Source: Lama glama
Taxonomy: Eukaryota
Reading direction: 5' to 3'
DNA length: 64,000 nt
Assembly (NCBI GenBank): GCA_028534125.1
Contig: CM052847.1
Span: 14,012,001-14,076,000 of the forward strand
Every line of letters starts with the position of its first letter. Positions within the stretch are counted from its first letter, which is position 1. Shown here one piece after another: positions 1 to 12,500 of the stretch. A program made the translations under genes and the position numbers. Below the pieces are notes generated by a model. That model was not told where the DNA came from. It did not search any database and was given only the letters and a program-made list of their open reading frames with translations.

Positions 1-129
1 GCAGAATGCAGTTAGTCTCAGAAGGCAAGAGTGGCTGAAAGATACTTTCTTCCAGGAAATTCTAAGTAAAAAACATCGCCTGCGTGTATAGTGATTTCAA
101 AACTAGTATATCTTCAGAGGCACCTTGGA

Positions 130-310
130 TAATGTCACTGTCCTGAACCAGAAGTAATCAGGTGACCTGAGTTCTCATTCCGACTCTGCCACTTGATTAG
201 ATGGATATTTTGGAGCAATTCATTTACTCTCTGGGCTTTGATTTCCTTGTTGGTTAAAAAAAATGGATTGAACTGATGGCTGAAGGTCCATCCAGGCCTA
301 AGATTCAGAA
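130..310 (+). mobile_element. MIR SINE relic
   Basis: gacctgagttct...ctctgccactt...catttactctctgggctttgatttcctt...aaaatgg core. Confidence 0.6.
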
Positions 311-409
311 AACCCTATTCATTCATCGGACCATGTATAAATTAGGTTCCATGACCCACAAGAGACATGTGGAAAGTAAGATTTTCTCTGCTTTTGTATT
401 TTGAAACAG

Positions 410-458
410 GTGACAACCAAAGCCAAGCAGCTGAAGGATTCAGTTACCTGCTCCCCAG
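410..458 (+). CDS. DNAJC1: DNAJC1 third-last coding exon (49 nt; VTTKAKQLKDSVTCSP-G)
   Basis: Acceptor ttttgaaacAG at 408-409 and donor GTgagt at 459. The peptide matches the DNAJC1 segment after SANT1, and the phase-1 end joins the next exon in frame. Confidence 0.95.
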
Positions 459-1655
459 GTGAGTGAACACCCACGTCATTCTCGTTAATCTCAAAGTAAA
501 TCCCTTTTTTATAACAACTTCTTTTAATACGATAGTCTAATTGTTTTGCCCAGTGGACTCTACTGGTCATCTCCCTAAAAGGCGCTGAATTGCAGGCACC
601 AGCAGGCTAACCCAGCCCTGCACATGTAGTGCTGCTAAGATGTATTTAGTAAGTTTGCAGAACTGTAAAACCTGTTCTCGAGTGTTGGTGGCGGGTCACC
701 ACCGCACACCCAGTGTCCCCATCAGGAGACACCCAGCACCTTCCCCAAGATTCTGTGTTTCTCGAAATCCATCTCCTCCAAGACTAACTAGAATTTTGTT
801 AGCGTCCCCGTACTGTTTGCTTGGAACCAGGAAGTAAGAAAATGCCTCCTAACCTTCCCGCTCCCCCCTGTACCAGCCAGGGACGAGCAAACTGTGCGAT
901 CTGAAACGTCTGCCCGGAAGGGCTCTGGGGAAGGGGGCAGATTGCTTTCGTACCAATACGGCTGCTGGTCTGGGTGTGGACGCAGAAACGGGCAATGAAT
1001 GTTGTGAGAAAGAAGCTCCCCCAAGACAGTCTCCAGAAGTGTGTTCTTGAAATGGCAGTGTGGGGTGGGCGCAGACAGATCTTACTAGAGCATCGAGGTG
1101 TCCCCAGCGTGTGAGGAGACCGGGTAAGGGGGTCTCTGAGATGACACTTGTCGCTGGGAGGGGGCGTTTGTTTGCCCTTTTCTGTCGAGCGCGGCACCGG
1201 TGGGGGGTGGGAGGAGGGAGGGGGCTTGACGCAGAGAGCAGGTGTCCCCAGCGCAGGAGGCCAGCACGGTCACTCTGTGCTCATGGAATTAATAACAACT
1301 CTGGGTTCTGAACTGCATCCTTCCTCACCTAGAAAGTAGCCCAGGTGTCCCTTCCCAAAGAGAACTTTGCATCCTCTGATGACAGTCTGACTGTAAACAC
1401 TCACTAATCCTCAGAGTGGAGGGAAGGACAGACATGGAATCAGACAGAACCGGGTTCAAAGTGCACCTCTGCTGTTTTCTGAGGCTGACTTTCCTCCTCC
1501 GTAAAGTTAAGATAGTTGATACCTATCTCTCTAGAATAGCGTGAAAAATAAGGAAAACAATACATGCAAAATGCCTAGCCCACCGGCTGCTGCGTTGGGG
1601 CAGCCTCTGTCACTCTTGCCACCTGAACTGACCTGCGGTGTGTCCTTCCTCGCAG

Positions 1656-2098
1656 GAATGGTCAGACTCTCTGAACTGAGGGCAACAGCCCAGAACTCCA
1701 AGCCCAGCAGGCCCGCCGCCTCCTTGCCGGATGACATCATCACCCGGAGAGAAGAGGGCGAGCAGGCGGAGGAGGAGGAGGGCGAGGAGGAGCGGGAGGC
1801 GGAGGCCGCGGGCGCGGACAGCCGGCCCCGGAGGCGGAGGCCAGCGCGGCTCCCGGAGGCGGCCACAAAGGCGGAACCGGAGGAGAAGGTCCGAGGCAAG
1901 AGGCAGAAGGACTTCGACCTGTCAGAACAGAACGAGTCCAGCGACGAGGAGAGCCCGAAGAGGGAGCGAGCGCGGGCCGCAGAGGAGCCCTGGACTCAGA
2001 ACCAGCAGAAACTTCTGGAACTAGCATTGCAGCAGTACCCAAAGGGATCCTCTGACCGCTGGGACAAGATAGCCAAGTGTGTCCCGTCCAAGAGTAAG
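1656..2098 (+). CDS. DNAJC1: DNAJC1 penultimate coding exon (443 nt; acidic linker plus second SANT/Myb domain, ...WTQNQQKLLELALQQYPKGSSDRWDKIAKCVPSKSK)
   Basis: Core of ORF 1541-2284. Acceptor ttcctcgcAG at 1654-1655 and donor GTgggt at 2099. SANT W-x-W signature; phase 1 in, phase 0 out. Confidence 0.97.
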
Positions 2099-4436
2099 GT
2101 GGGTGACGCCGAGGAGGAAGGCCCGGCCCCGGCTCTAGAAGCGGGGCTGAGGTTCCAGCCCGCCATCCTCCCGGCGCCCCTGTCTGTCTGTCTGTCTGTC
2201 TGCAGCTGCCGCCCGGTCGCTCGTTACCGGTTACCGCTCAGGAGGTCTCCCGATGGCGTGCGCATCGGTGCCTCGATGGGTTAGTGTAAACGAGGTCGAG
2301 TCTGACTTGAACCATTATACAGACTCAGCGCAAAGCCCACGCATAGAACGTCAGCTTGCCCGGCAACAACCCGGCCAGCCTTCTGGAGCGTTGGCTCCGC
2401 GGGGGGACAGCCTGAGAGCAGCAGGGGCAGCGTCCTCAGGGCCTGGAGGGCCAAGGGAACCGGGGCTCGTCAGCGGCGGGTCGGCAGGTTTCTCAGAATT
2501 ACAGGCCCTCTTAGCGGTTCCCGAGGCCTTAACCAGGCAGACGGCATCACCACGGTCCCCAGCCCTGTGTGTCACTTCATCTGGACATACCAGGGGCACC
2601 TGTTGACCAGAGGCCGGAGGTGGTGCTGGGGGGATGGTCAGCGAGAGGTTGACTGGTGTCAGGATCCAGCTTGTCTCTGTAGCCTTGCCTGTCTACTTAC
2701 AATAGACTTTCCTCCCTGTTTGCACTTATTTGCTTAAATACATCTGCCGACAGTTTCCAGGTAACAGCTCAGACGGGAGGGAAGACGGGCATCCCCGTGG
2801 AAGGTCAGCCTGGACCCCGCCTCCGTCTCCCGCTCCAGCAGTCCTGAGCTGTAGGGCCTCATGGTGTGATCTTTTCAACCCAGGACTTTCCTGACACAGT
2901 CTCCTGGGCTTCTTTCCTTCATCTGAGGCACCAGGAACATGGAGAAATCAAGAGAACCAGTCTCTCCTGCCTTCTCTGCCTGTCCCGCAGTGGCCTGTGG
3001 GCACGCTGACGTTCATTTACATTCTTACTTTTTTTTAATTGAGATTCGCTGTTGGGAAATCTAGCTCGTGGCCATGAATGTCCCCATGTGTACAGGTCTA
3101 GTTTTCTATCACCTACTTTAAAATGATGAAGTTGAGAATTCCTGGGGAGAAAAGTAAACCAGTAACAGTTGACCTATTTGAGAAACACAGACCCTCCCAG
3201 CCTCTCTAACTGTCCTGCCAAGGCATTTCCCCTGAATTTCTCCAGCATCTGTCAAGGCACAGGCATTTACATGTATGACATTGACACTGGCTTCAAGTGA
3301 AGGAGCTGGAACCCTGGATTCCTAGGGATGGGACACTCAGAAACTGTGGCCTGGGGTTTGGAGACCTTCCTGTTTCACGCGGGAGGTTTCACACTTTCAC
3401 GGTCCTGCAGATGCACCCTTTAGGCCTTGACGTTAGAACCAGGTCTGGGGAACTTGCCTGCCGCTCATCCACTATGGTGGGGCTCCCTGGAAGTGGCCCG
3501 CAAGTCACTGGGAGTCCTGGCCCTGAAGGCAGAGCCTCTGCCCAAGGCCCACGAGGCCCGGGCTCCCGGCTGGCCTGGCGCCTCCCCCGGTGGGGTGCTG
3601 GGCCCCGCGTGCTCCGTGTCCCGCCCTGGGCGCTCCAGCCTGCAGCAGGACTGCTAGGGAAAGGCTGGCATTTAGGCGGGTGCTCTGGAGATGCAGAGGA
3701 GGCCCTTCCTTATTAGAAGACTCTCTCAGAAACTGCAGACAGGGAACACTGTTCTCTTTATCAGGGCAGCTGATAAAGTCACCTGCCACGGAGCAGAAAC
3801 CAGTTTGCGTTTGACCTTACGTTGGTGAAGGCTTACAGTGCCACTGGGGTATTTTTGAACAGAAATGGAAGTGGATTCTAGATAGTATCTTGTGATAAAT
3901 AGGAGAGCAGTGAGGCCCCTCCCCTGCTTAATCCAGGGGTCCCCACCCCAAGGGGTGACAGAGACCGGCAGCTGGGGTCTGAGCTGGCACCTCTGCAGCC
4001 TGGCAGGCCGGCCGACCTCGGTGGGGCTGGGACGGGCCAGAGGGGGGATAGGTCGCACTCCAAGCCCCACCCCTCACCGCTGGAAGGTCCCTGGGGGAGG
4101 CAAAGCCAAAGGAGGTTAATACTGTTGATGCCTGGCCTCAATGTTTTTGGTTTCTCTGAAGTAACGGTGCTGTGATGAAATAGTGAAATGTTAAGATGCT
4201 AAATACCACTGGTGAGCGTGAGGTCAGGCTCACAGTAACTGCCTCTGCACCACAGACTGCAGCCACCAGTCCCCCTCCCCCCCGTGCCCTGCACACCTCC
4301 TGCCCAGCTCAGCCGGGAGCCCCCAGGGGGACAGGAGAGCCCTTGTCTGCACCGGGCAGGCAGGCTGGCTCACCACACAAGGGTCACGCTGACTGTGGGA
4401 GTAACTGTCCCCTCTCCTCTCTCTCTCTCTCTCCAG

Positions 4437-4505
4437 GAAGACTGTATCGCTAGATACAAGCTGCTGGTTGAACTGGTCCAAAAGAAAAAACAAGCTAAAA
4501 GCTGA
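4437..4505 (+). CDS. DNAJC1: DNAJC1 last coding exon (EDCIARYKLLVELVQKKKQAKS*)
   Basis: (CT)n polypyrimidine tract then cAG at 4435-4436. Recognised DNAJC1 C-terminus; TGA at 4503-4505. Confidence 0.97.
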   Translation, partial: EDCIARYKLLVELVQKKKQAKS

Positions 4506-4627
4506 ATCCTCTGGAAGATGATGTTTACCTTTATTTTCCAAAATGATTATTTTAAAAATCTTATGCAGAAATTTGCATTTTGTACCTCAGCATTTCTATG
4601 TCATGTGCCTTAGTAAAAAAAAAAAAA

Positions 4628-4644
4628 ATTAAATTTAAAATAAA
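4628..4644 (+). terminator. Likely DNAJC1 polyadenylation signals (ATTAAA 4628-4633, AATAAA 4639-4644)
   Basis: Hexamers ~130 nt after the stop, followed by TG/T-rich sequence (tgttgtgc...tgttt). Confidence 0.65.
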
Positions 4645-7600
4645 TGTTGTGCTACATTGTTTAAACAAATACTGTGTTAAAGGAGACAAAACATGTGGGT
4701 ATTTTATGGGTTATTTTTCCCCTCATCATTGCAAAGTTTAATTTCCTGGGGAACAAACTGAACAGTGCTTTCTAGCAGTCAGGCAAATGTATGATTTCGA
4801 AGGAACATATGAGTGAACTATCATGTAAGAATTAAGACTTAACTGTGTTTCTTTGACCAAAGAGCACATCACTTAATGAGTGTTTTGGTAGCAGGATGCC
4901 AGTGTGTGGGGAGAAAAAAACCAGCCTGGTATTGAGCTAGCTGGCTGGGAATAGTGTGGGGTTATCTTAATTGTATGTCTGTGCATATGTTATGTGTATC
5001 TAGGAAAAAAAAATAAGCCTAAATGCACAAGGACGTAGGTAATAAGATCTAAATAAAGGTGGTTTGGTAGAAATACATCCCCAGCGGATAGAATTTCCAG
5101 AGAACACGCAGGCAAGGTTTTTAGGAACTGATGACATTGGGTCCCACTTTCTTGTGCTGTTCGTTTTGACTGAACTGTCACCGTTGGCTGAGTGTTCTTT
5201 TCTAAATCTGTCATTTAAAGAAGAAGATTGTTCTGGCTGCCTTCCGGGCCCTGGGTCCATCCTGTCCCCGCGTCCAGTGTCCGGCCTGTCTTCCATAAAG
5301 CTTGGCTGTCCACCCTGTGACATCCTGTGAGCATCCTTCCATGAAATCACTCTTTCATTTACGGTACTTTCAGCTGGGTTTCTGTCTCACGTACACACAC
5401 CCCTAATTCCCATTACAAGTTTTCTGAGCTTTCAGTGTGGGGAGAGCCCCGCAGAGCTCAGAGATGCCATAAGAAGTACAATTTAGGATGAAATCCCCTT
5501 ATTTGCCAACCAACCTCATCTTTTGTGGATTCATTAAGGAGGAGTCCCTAACATAGTTTTCTCCTGATGACTGGCCCTGCCACCAGCCCCTTTAAAGGAA
5601 TCAGAAAGGGGCCCTTTCTGCGTGGACACCCCTGTTGGGGGGACTCAGCGGCTGAGTTGTGCTGAAGTAGGGCCGGTGGGCCGGGCTCCCGAGTGCACAC
5701 AGGAGACCCCCCCAGGCTCAGTTTGAGAGAAGTCACCTCGGTGCAAGGGCACCTCCGAAAGAGCTGCACGACACATGTTGCGTGGGGACCAGGCCCGGCA
5801 CCGCCTTCCTGCCCCCGGGGAAGCGCTCCCCAGGCCCGCCCTTCGCAGCGCTGCCTGTGCGCCTCTCTCTCCCTTCACACCTCAGTAGTGCCTTCTTGTA
5901 CCTCTTTGTCTTGATTCCTTATGTGGAAAAATAGGGAATAATGCTGGCTGCTGCTGGCAGTTAGGATAATCTGGCTCAGTGAAAACAATAACCAGCCTTT
6001 TTCTATCTGACCATCCAGGCTTCCCGCTCCGGAATTTTCAGCGGCTGTCCACACAGGGCACAGGGCACACGGGCCCCAGGCGCTCGTCGCCTCGCAGGCT
6101 GGAATCCCCACCTGGGCCCAGGGAGTCCTGGGCCACTGTGTGGACTCCTGGGGGTCTGGGAACCCTGCTGAAGGTACGCAGAATCTTCTTTTTGTTTTGA
6201 ATGTGTAGTTTTCTGGAGAGAGGGTCCACATCTTTCTTTAGGTGCCCAAAGGGTTTCTCACCCCGAACAGTTAAGAGCCTCCGCTCTGGGATTCACTCTC
6301 GGTGCAGCCCACGGAGGCCCCAGGTGGAACAGGGAGACTCCTCCGATGTGGTCTCTGACAGAAAAGACCCAGCATTCTACCTCCCCGTCCTTCGGAGTCC
6401 TCGCCCCACTAGGTGCAGGGGCAGGGCCTGCTCTTGCTGGGTCTGGAAGACCCTGGGCTGGCTGGGCACATCGTCTACCCTTTCCCAGGCTTCTGCCTCC
6501 ACCCAGCCCCCCGGCGGGGCCTCCAGGGGCCCAAGGCTCAGGGGCGTCTGCCCTCATCTTCCCAGGGGATCAGGTCTTTTATCCTGGAGTAATTTGCATT
6601 TACTTTGTCCAGCGGGGGCAAAATCTCACAGCTCCATCGTCACACCGCTGACACCCCCATTTTCAAGCCCATTCTTTCATTTGTCCTTGTGAAACCCCTG
6701 ACTGTTCCAGCAGGTTCCCGCCCAGCAGCCAGTTCGCGAAGGCACAGGCCTTGCACGCTTGTCTCCTGGACTGATCCACGTGTGTTTGGCAAACATCCCA
6801 ACCCACAAGACGAGATATGTTTCAACTGGAACATAGTGGCCCGCAGTCTCACTCTTCTGGATTCCCGTCTCAGTTCAGAACGAATCATAAGCAGCCTTTC
6901 CCTGTCCACGTTCTGGATGCCTTAAAAATGCCTCTTGCCTCTTGGTATGTGCCAGCGCCACCCCCAAGCCAAGCCCACCCACCCCTTTGAAAGTGGAGAC
7001 CTAATCCCTTTAAAACACCATCAGCCTGACTCACATCTCTAGGGTATTCCTTGTAGTTGTTTGCTTTAGCAGTTTACATTCTTCCTATAACTTAAATGGC
7101 ACAGTTAAAATTGTGATGGTCTAAACACACGAGTGACTGTATGTCCCAAGTGGCCCAGGACAGTCCCAGTTTATCCTGTCTCCGTGCACCCAGCTGGGAT
7201 AGCATGTCACACAGGCACCCCGTCTGTGAGGGACTTCTAACGGATGATCCATCCTGAGATCCCAGAGGGTCTCCCAACTCCCCCAGGAGGATGGGTGGCT
7301 GACCGCGTTGTGCTGCAGGGACACAAAGGAGTCAGAACCCATTCTGAGCAGGGCCTCCTGCCGCGGCTCTTCCTGCCCTCAACAGGCGGGCTCCCTTGTG
7401 GCTCCCCGGGCTGCCGCGTTGTACAGGGACCCCAGAGGCGGGGAAGCCCTATGCCAAGGGCAGGGATGCTCAGTGCTGGCCGAGACGAGATAGGCCTCCC
7501 TGCCCCATGAGTCCACCTGTAGCTCCGAACACAGCACGGCTGGCCTGGAAGCCACCCCACTGTCTTGGCAGGAGTCCCAGCCTCCTGTTTGAGTAAACTG

Positions 7601-8639
7601 CTTGGCCTTCAGCCTTCAACTTTATTCACTGGGGAACTAAATTAACACGCTGTAAAACCAAGCCGCTGCAATTATTTTCCTCTGGTCTGGAGGAAAAAAG
7701 AATGGCTTCGTGTAGAACACAGAGAGGGAAAGCACTTTAGCAATCTGATTCCCAGGGGAAGCTGTTAGTGTCTGAAAGTCCAGTAAAGAGAGCCGGGCTG
7801 GTCCCAGTGCGGTTACTTCCCCCTGCGGAAGAGGGGTGATCGGGCCACACCCCTCCTCCCTCCGGTGGCGCTGCAGGGACCCTCAAGTCTAGCCCCTTAT
7901 TTGCGCCCTCCACTGCGTCCTCCCACTCCAGAAACTGCTGCAGGAGTGAATGAAAATACCCAGTCTTTCTGCAGGAACTTGACTGCCTGCCTGTTGCCCT
8001 CACCACGTGTACAAAACCGCCCCAAGCCGTGGTGTGAGGATCAGTGTCTCCTGGATCATTACAGGAGTTAACTCAGCTGAGCCCGTCTTTGCTAAGTTCA
8101 GGTTAAAAAAAAAAAATCCTACTTTTCCAAAATGAAATGGACAGAGATTTGGATGACAATGAGGGAGTCATCTTTGAATTTTTACGTCCTAACGTACAAG
8201 GCAAAATGAACAATCATGTTTTCTGTCATTGCTCAAAAAGAAACCTTTTGTAAAATTTAAGATAAAATATCAAATTGTTGATCCCAAATTATCTTGCTTC
8301 CAGTCTGTCTCACAAAGGCAGGTGTTACTGCGGTGACCAGAAGGTGCCTCCAGACTTCTGACCACAGCTTTATCTTCATTTTCAAGAGGCTTGGCCTAAG
8401 AAACCCTGGGTGGAACTCTCCACTTGGGCTAAACTGAGGTCTGTCCTGTGATGTAAAAACTGGAATCGAAGAGCTGGATGTGGAAATGTTTGCGTGGGGC
8501 TGCCTTTCCCAAACAGGAAAGAGGAGGATTCGGGCCTGGGGTGGGACGGGATATACTCAATGAACCCAGACTTGCTTTAATCCTGGGATCTGTCAACTCC
8601 AAACCGTCCCCCTGCTCGGCACCCGCGCCTGGCAGCAAA

Positions 8640-9500
8640 GAAACCCGTCGTTTGCAGCCAGCTGCAAGCGGCCGGGGGAGGGCGGTGCGGCTGAACCCTC
8701 CCGCGAGCGTGGTGTCTTTTTCCTGGTCTCGGCTTGGACTTTGACTCCAAACCAGAACCAGAGCTGCAGTGATGGAGAAAGACTATTCTGGTGGAGGAGT
8801 TAAACGTGGGTCATAAATCAGAAGAAAGTAAAGAAACTCCCAAGAACCTGAGAAGCGCGCAGCTGTGAGAGCGGCGGGCGGGGAGCCGGCGGTTTACGAG
8901 GTCGCGACGCTGCACTGAGTCCCCAGTAAAACCCAAGAGCGAGCTTTTACGTCCGCGATTAAAATGTCAAAGGCTCACACTGGGCTGAACAGCAAGGCCA
9001 CCGGACCCACGGCTGGGAGAGGCTCGGGCCACCGCAAGGCCCTGGACGGGAGTCGCCCTCCACGGGCTTCGGGAGCTGCGGGGCTTCAGCCAAGAGCCCG
9101 GGAGGGAGGAGGGCGAGCCGAGCCGGGAGGGGCCGCGGGCCCAGGAAGGACCCGAGAGCAGCTTGTCGGCGCCGAGGTGGGCGGGCTCTCGGTCCAGGCA
9201 GCACAGGGACCCGCCCCCAGAGCACCGAGGTCCGAACCCCGCCCAGACGCTCCGCCTTTACTGCCGGGGCTGGAGAAGAACCGGCCAGGAAGGAGGACCA
9301 CCGGCCTGGCCAAGAGTTTGCAAAGAAAATGTGCGCCTTATTTTGTGCAAAGAATCCTCTGCACAGGAAAGAGTTCAGCTGCAGAAACACCTGTCTGTGC
9401 TTGCTCTGGGATGAGAGCGGGAGAACCAGAAAGATCGCTGCAGCAGGAGCAGCGGCGGTGCCAAAAATGTAAAACCTCCTAATTAATCCGTCTGCTTGTT
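8640..9500. promoter_or_regulatory. Intergenic CpG-rich island, candidate enhancer
   Basis: Dense CpGs (gcggccg, gtcgcgacg, ccgcgg), no recognisable repeat, and clustered homeodomain motifs. Confidence 0.45.
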
Positions 9501-12500
9501 AAGTGAGCCAAGTGAAAAACAGCAGATGCATCAATCAGAATTTGAGGGAAACCAAATTAACTCGCTCAGCAAAAAAGTGAACGTCTTGCTTTAAACTTTA
9601 CAAGGCACCAGCACAGTCGAAACTGCGCGCCTGCTGCTGCCAACGGCAAGGGGCCGTCTTTCCCCGGGGCTTCACCTGGCCCAGCAGTGCCGCCCGGAAC
9701 ACGGGGTTCGGCCCCCTTGTCGCCTGCCCCTGTTCCTCACGCCACCCAGCTGCTCCCGCTCACGTCACCACAGGCCTTTCTGACCACTGGGACCAGGAGG
9801 CGTTTTCAGGTTTGGTCTTCAGTCCTGATAGCCAGTGGTGGTGTCACCTTCCAACATCCCTCGGCCTCCAGTGCTTTAAGGAAGTGGATGTAATTTTCAA
9901 TAAAACATGGGGCTCTCCCGGCCCCTCCTCAGACCTCTACCCAGACGCTTCATCTCCCACCTGCCCTTTACACCTTGGGGTCCCCAAGGACCCGTTCTCC
10001 AGGCCCCTCCTCGCCGCCCGCCTGGACCAGCTTTCTGGTTCCCAAGCCCCAACCACCACCCACCTCTGCTCTAGGGAGCCGGGTGCTTCCCTGACATCCA
10101 GCACTGAACAGACTTGGAAATCTGCCCTCTGGGTCCCCTCATCAGGAAACCAGAGGTTAGATATCCTCCCACAGAACCGAGAGCTGAGACCCCACTCACA
10201 GATCTCTACCCCAGCACCAGCCACGACATCTGTCAGCTCCTTCCCCTAAAAGCCTCCACTTGGTGCAAACACCCCTGCTGTTTCTGGCCCACACTACTCA
10301 GGACTCACTTCCCAACCCTCCACAGGATCCCACCTGAACCTTTCAAACCAGGTCAGTTCCCAGGCCCACCATGGTTTCCCAGACCTGTGTGTGCGGTGGG
10401 CCTCGCCTCACCAGCACACACACCCCAAGAAGGACAGCGCTGGCTGCCAACTAGGAATTAACGCCAAGCCAAGTTTTCAGATTTTTAAAGAAGTGGTTTT
10501 GATAACATTTGCCATTTTAAAAATACGTAACGCCAGCACCTAACAGGGTTACCAGCACCTGGAGCTGAGTGTACACACTGTGGACATTGTTCCACAGTCC
10601 TGTGCCTGTGGGATGCCAGGCCCAAAGCAGCCAGAGGTCTGGGCGGGGGAGACAGGGCGGCCAAAGCTGCTGGGACGAAATAGCGCTGCCTTCCTGAGGG
10701 GTCTGCTCCTTAGGACAGACTTATGACTAAAGTCACAATCAAAGGACGCTCACAGTTCAGAAGTCTCTCCTGAACTTAGAGAACTGTTAACATTCAGCTA
10801 TCAGTATGAAAGAGGCGTTTCCTTTGATGCCAATAACAAGGTGAGGGATGGGACTGTGAGTGGAAACAGTTGGCATGAATTTTTTAACAAGGTAAAACTA
10901 TTTGAAAATCTAATGGCTTTCAACTGTTTATAAAAGTTCACAATTATTTCATTTTGAAAGGCCCCTTGTTTAATTTATACAAAGAGACAATGTTATCAAT
11001 GTTTCCTTTTTAGTGAGGAAAACTAAGATGAATAATATCTATCTCATTGAGAGTTCCCAGATTCAAAACAAAAGACCGTCTCCTACTTTTAAAAGCAAAC
11101 TTGCATTTAGTTGTAAGGCACCCTTTGCCTACAACGCAAAGAGCCTCTGTCTTGGGGGTGTCCAGGTACAGCCATCATCCCATCGGTTGACGGAGCGCTT
11201 TTAAGAAAACCACCCGGCGATTTGTTTTCCCGGCACTTGTACCCAGTGCCTACTCTTGCCCGACGACAGATCACACCCCGACAGCACTTCTGCACACAGT
11301 CTAGACGGGTAACCCGTCCCTGACCATGGCACCCCCCTCCCCATCCACACAGAGCACCCCTCCCAGGGCTCAGTGCCGGGCAATGAGCAGCAGCTGCTCA
11401 TAAACTTCTCAGAGCAAAACTCAGCCACAGCAGGGAACCCCAGAGCAACAACCCAGGTGCATTCCCTGAGGGGGTGAGGCTGCCCAGCACCTCCTAAGAG
11501 GCGAGGAAAGCACGTAGACTCACACCCAGACACTGACACAAACGAACAGCCAAGGTAAAGGACACGTGTTTAAGACACAGACGTGCATGGCCAGGTAGTA
11601 TTTTGGTTGGAGAGGGTGAAAACTGAGGAAGCAGCTAACGACGAGTCACCTGTCCTTCTGGAGGAAGGTGCGTCCGGAGCCTCGGGAGAGACGAGAGCTT
11701 CCAGAATCAGGTAATCGTTTCCCATTAGGGTATCAAAAAGAAAGCCTCCCCAGGAACCTAAAATTCACTCCTTAATAAAGCTAAAAGCCTGCAGCCAGTT
11801 TTCCTTTCGTCGACTCAATTACTAGGAGCCAGTTACACAAATCAGTATATTCTGGTTCAGTTAAATCTAGGGTAAAGGCTGAACGTTTGCAAAGCCCCAC
11901 AGGTGATCATGCACTCAGAGACCCAGGAACCACAGATAGATGGGGGTTTCTCATTTACTTAAAGGCCGCTGGTTAAAGCTCACTGTATAAACAAGAATTT
12001 AATCTTTGCCGACTATGAATACTGCTTTAGTAACGTGCTGTAATCCCCACGTGGAATTTATTTTCCTTTTCTCTCCGCCATGATGGTTTTCCTCTTTGCA
12101 CTGCGGCAGCTTGCTTTCTCTCACTCAGTGATTATCGGAGAGTTGGACACGAGGTTGGTTTGCTCCCCACGTGTGCAGACTCTACTCCTGAGCAAGTTTA
12201 ACTCCAGGATGGAATCCCTCTGATGCCAAAGCACAAAGCACCCAGAGGCTCCTGGAACAAACGGACCCGAAGCATCAAGGAACTTCAGAGTCTTCATCTT
12301 CTCCAAACAAGGGCCCAGAGAGCAGTATCACCAAGCTGGTGACAGAGGCCCTTCCTGACTTCACGCTCCTCACAAGAACAACAACTAGCAACTACTCATG
12401 GACAAGACGCCCCTGAGAAAGCCCTAGACTACAGGAGTGAGGCTGAAGCACCCCTGCACCACACACACCAAGACAGGCCTTATCAGCAGGGTAACAGGAG

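Noticed and set aside
710-1355. Recurring ggtgtcccc(agcg) words
   Set aside because: Only 3-4 short, irregularly spaced copies; not an array or CRISPR-like structure.
2099-2284. In-frame read-through of the DNAJC1 exon into the intron
   Set aside because: A GT donor at 2099 and an intact downstream exon explain the gene. The extension crosses a (TCTG)n repeat and is not protein-like.
8964-9482. 172-aa ORF and overlapping ORFs in the CpG island
   Set aside because: Low-complexity Gly/Arg/Pro/Ala content, open in several frames, no domain; expected in GC-rich DNA.
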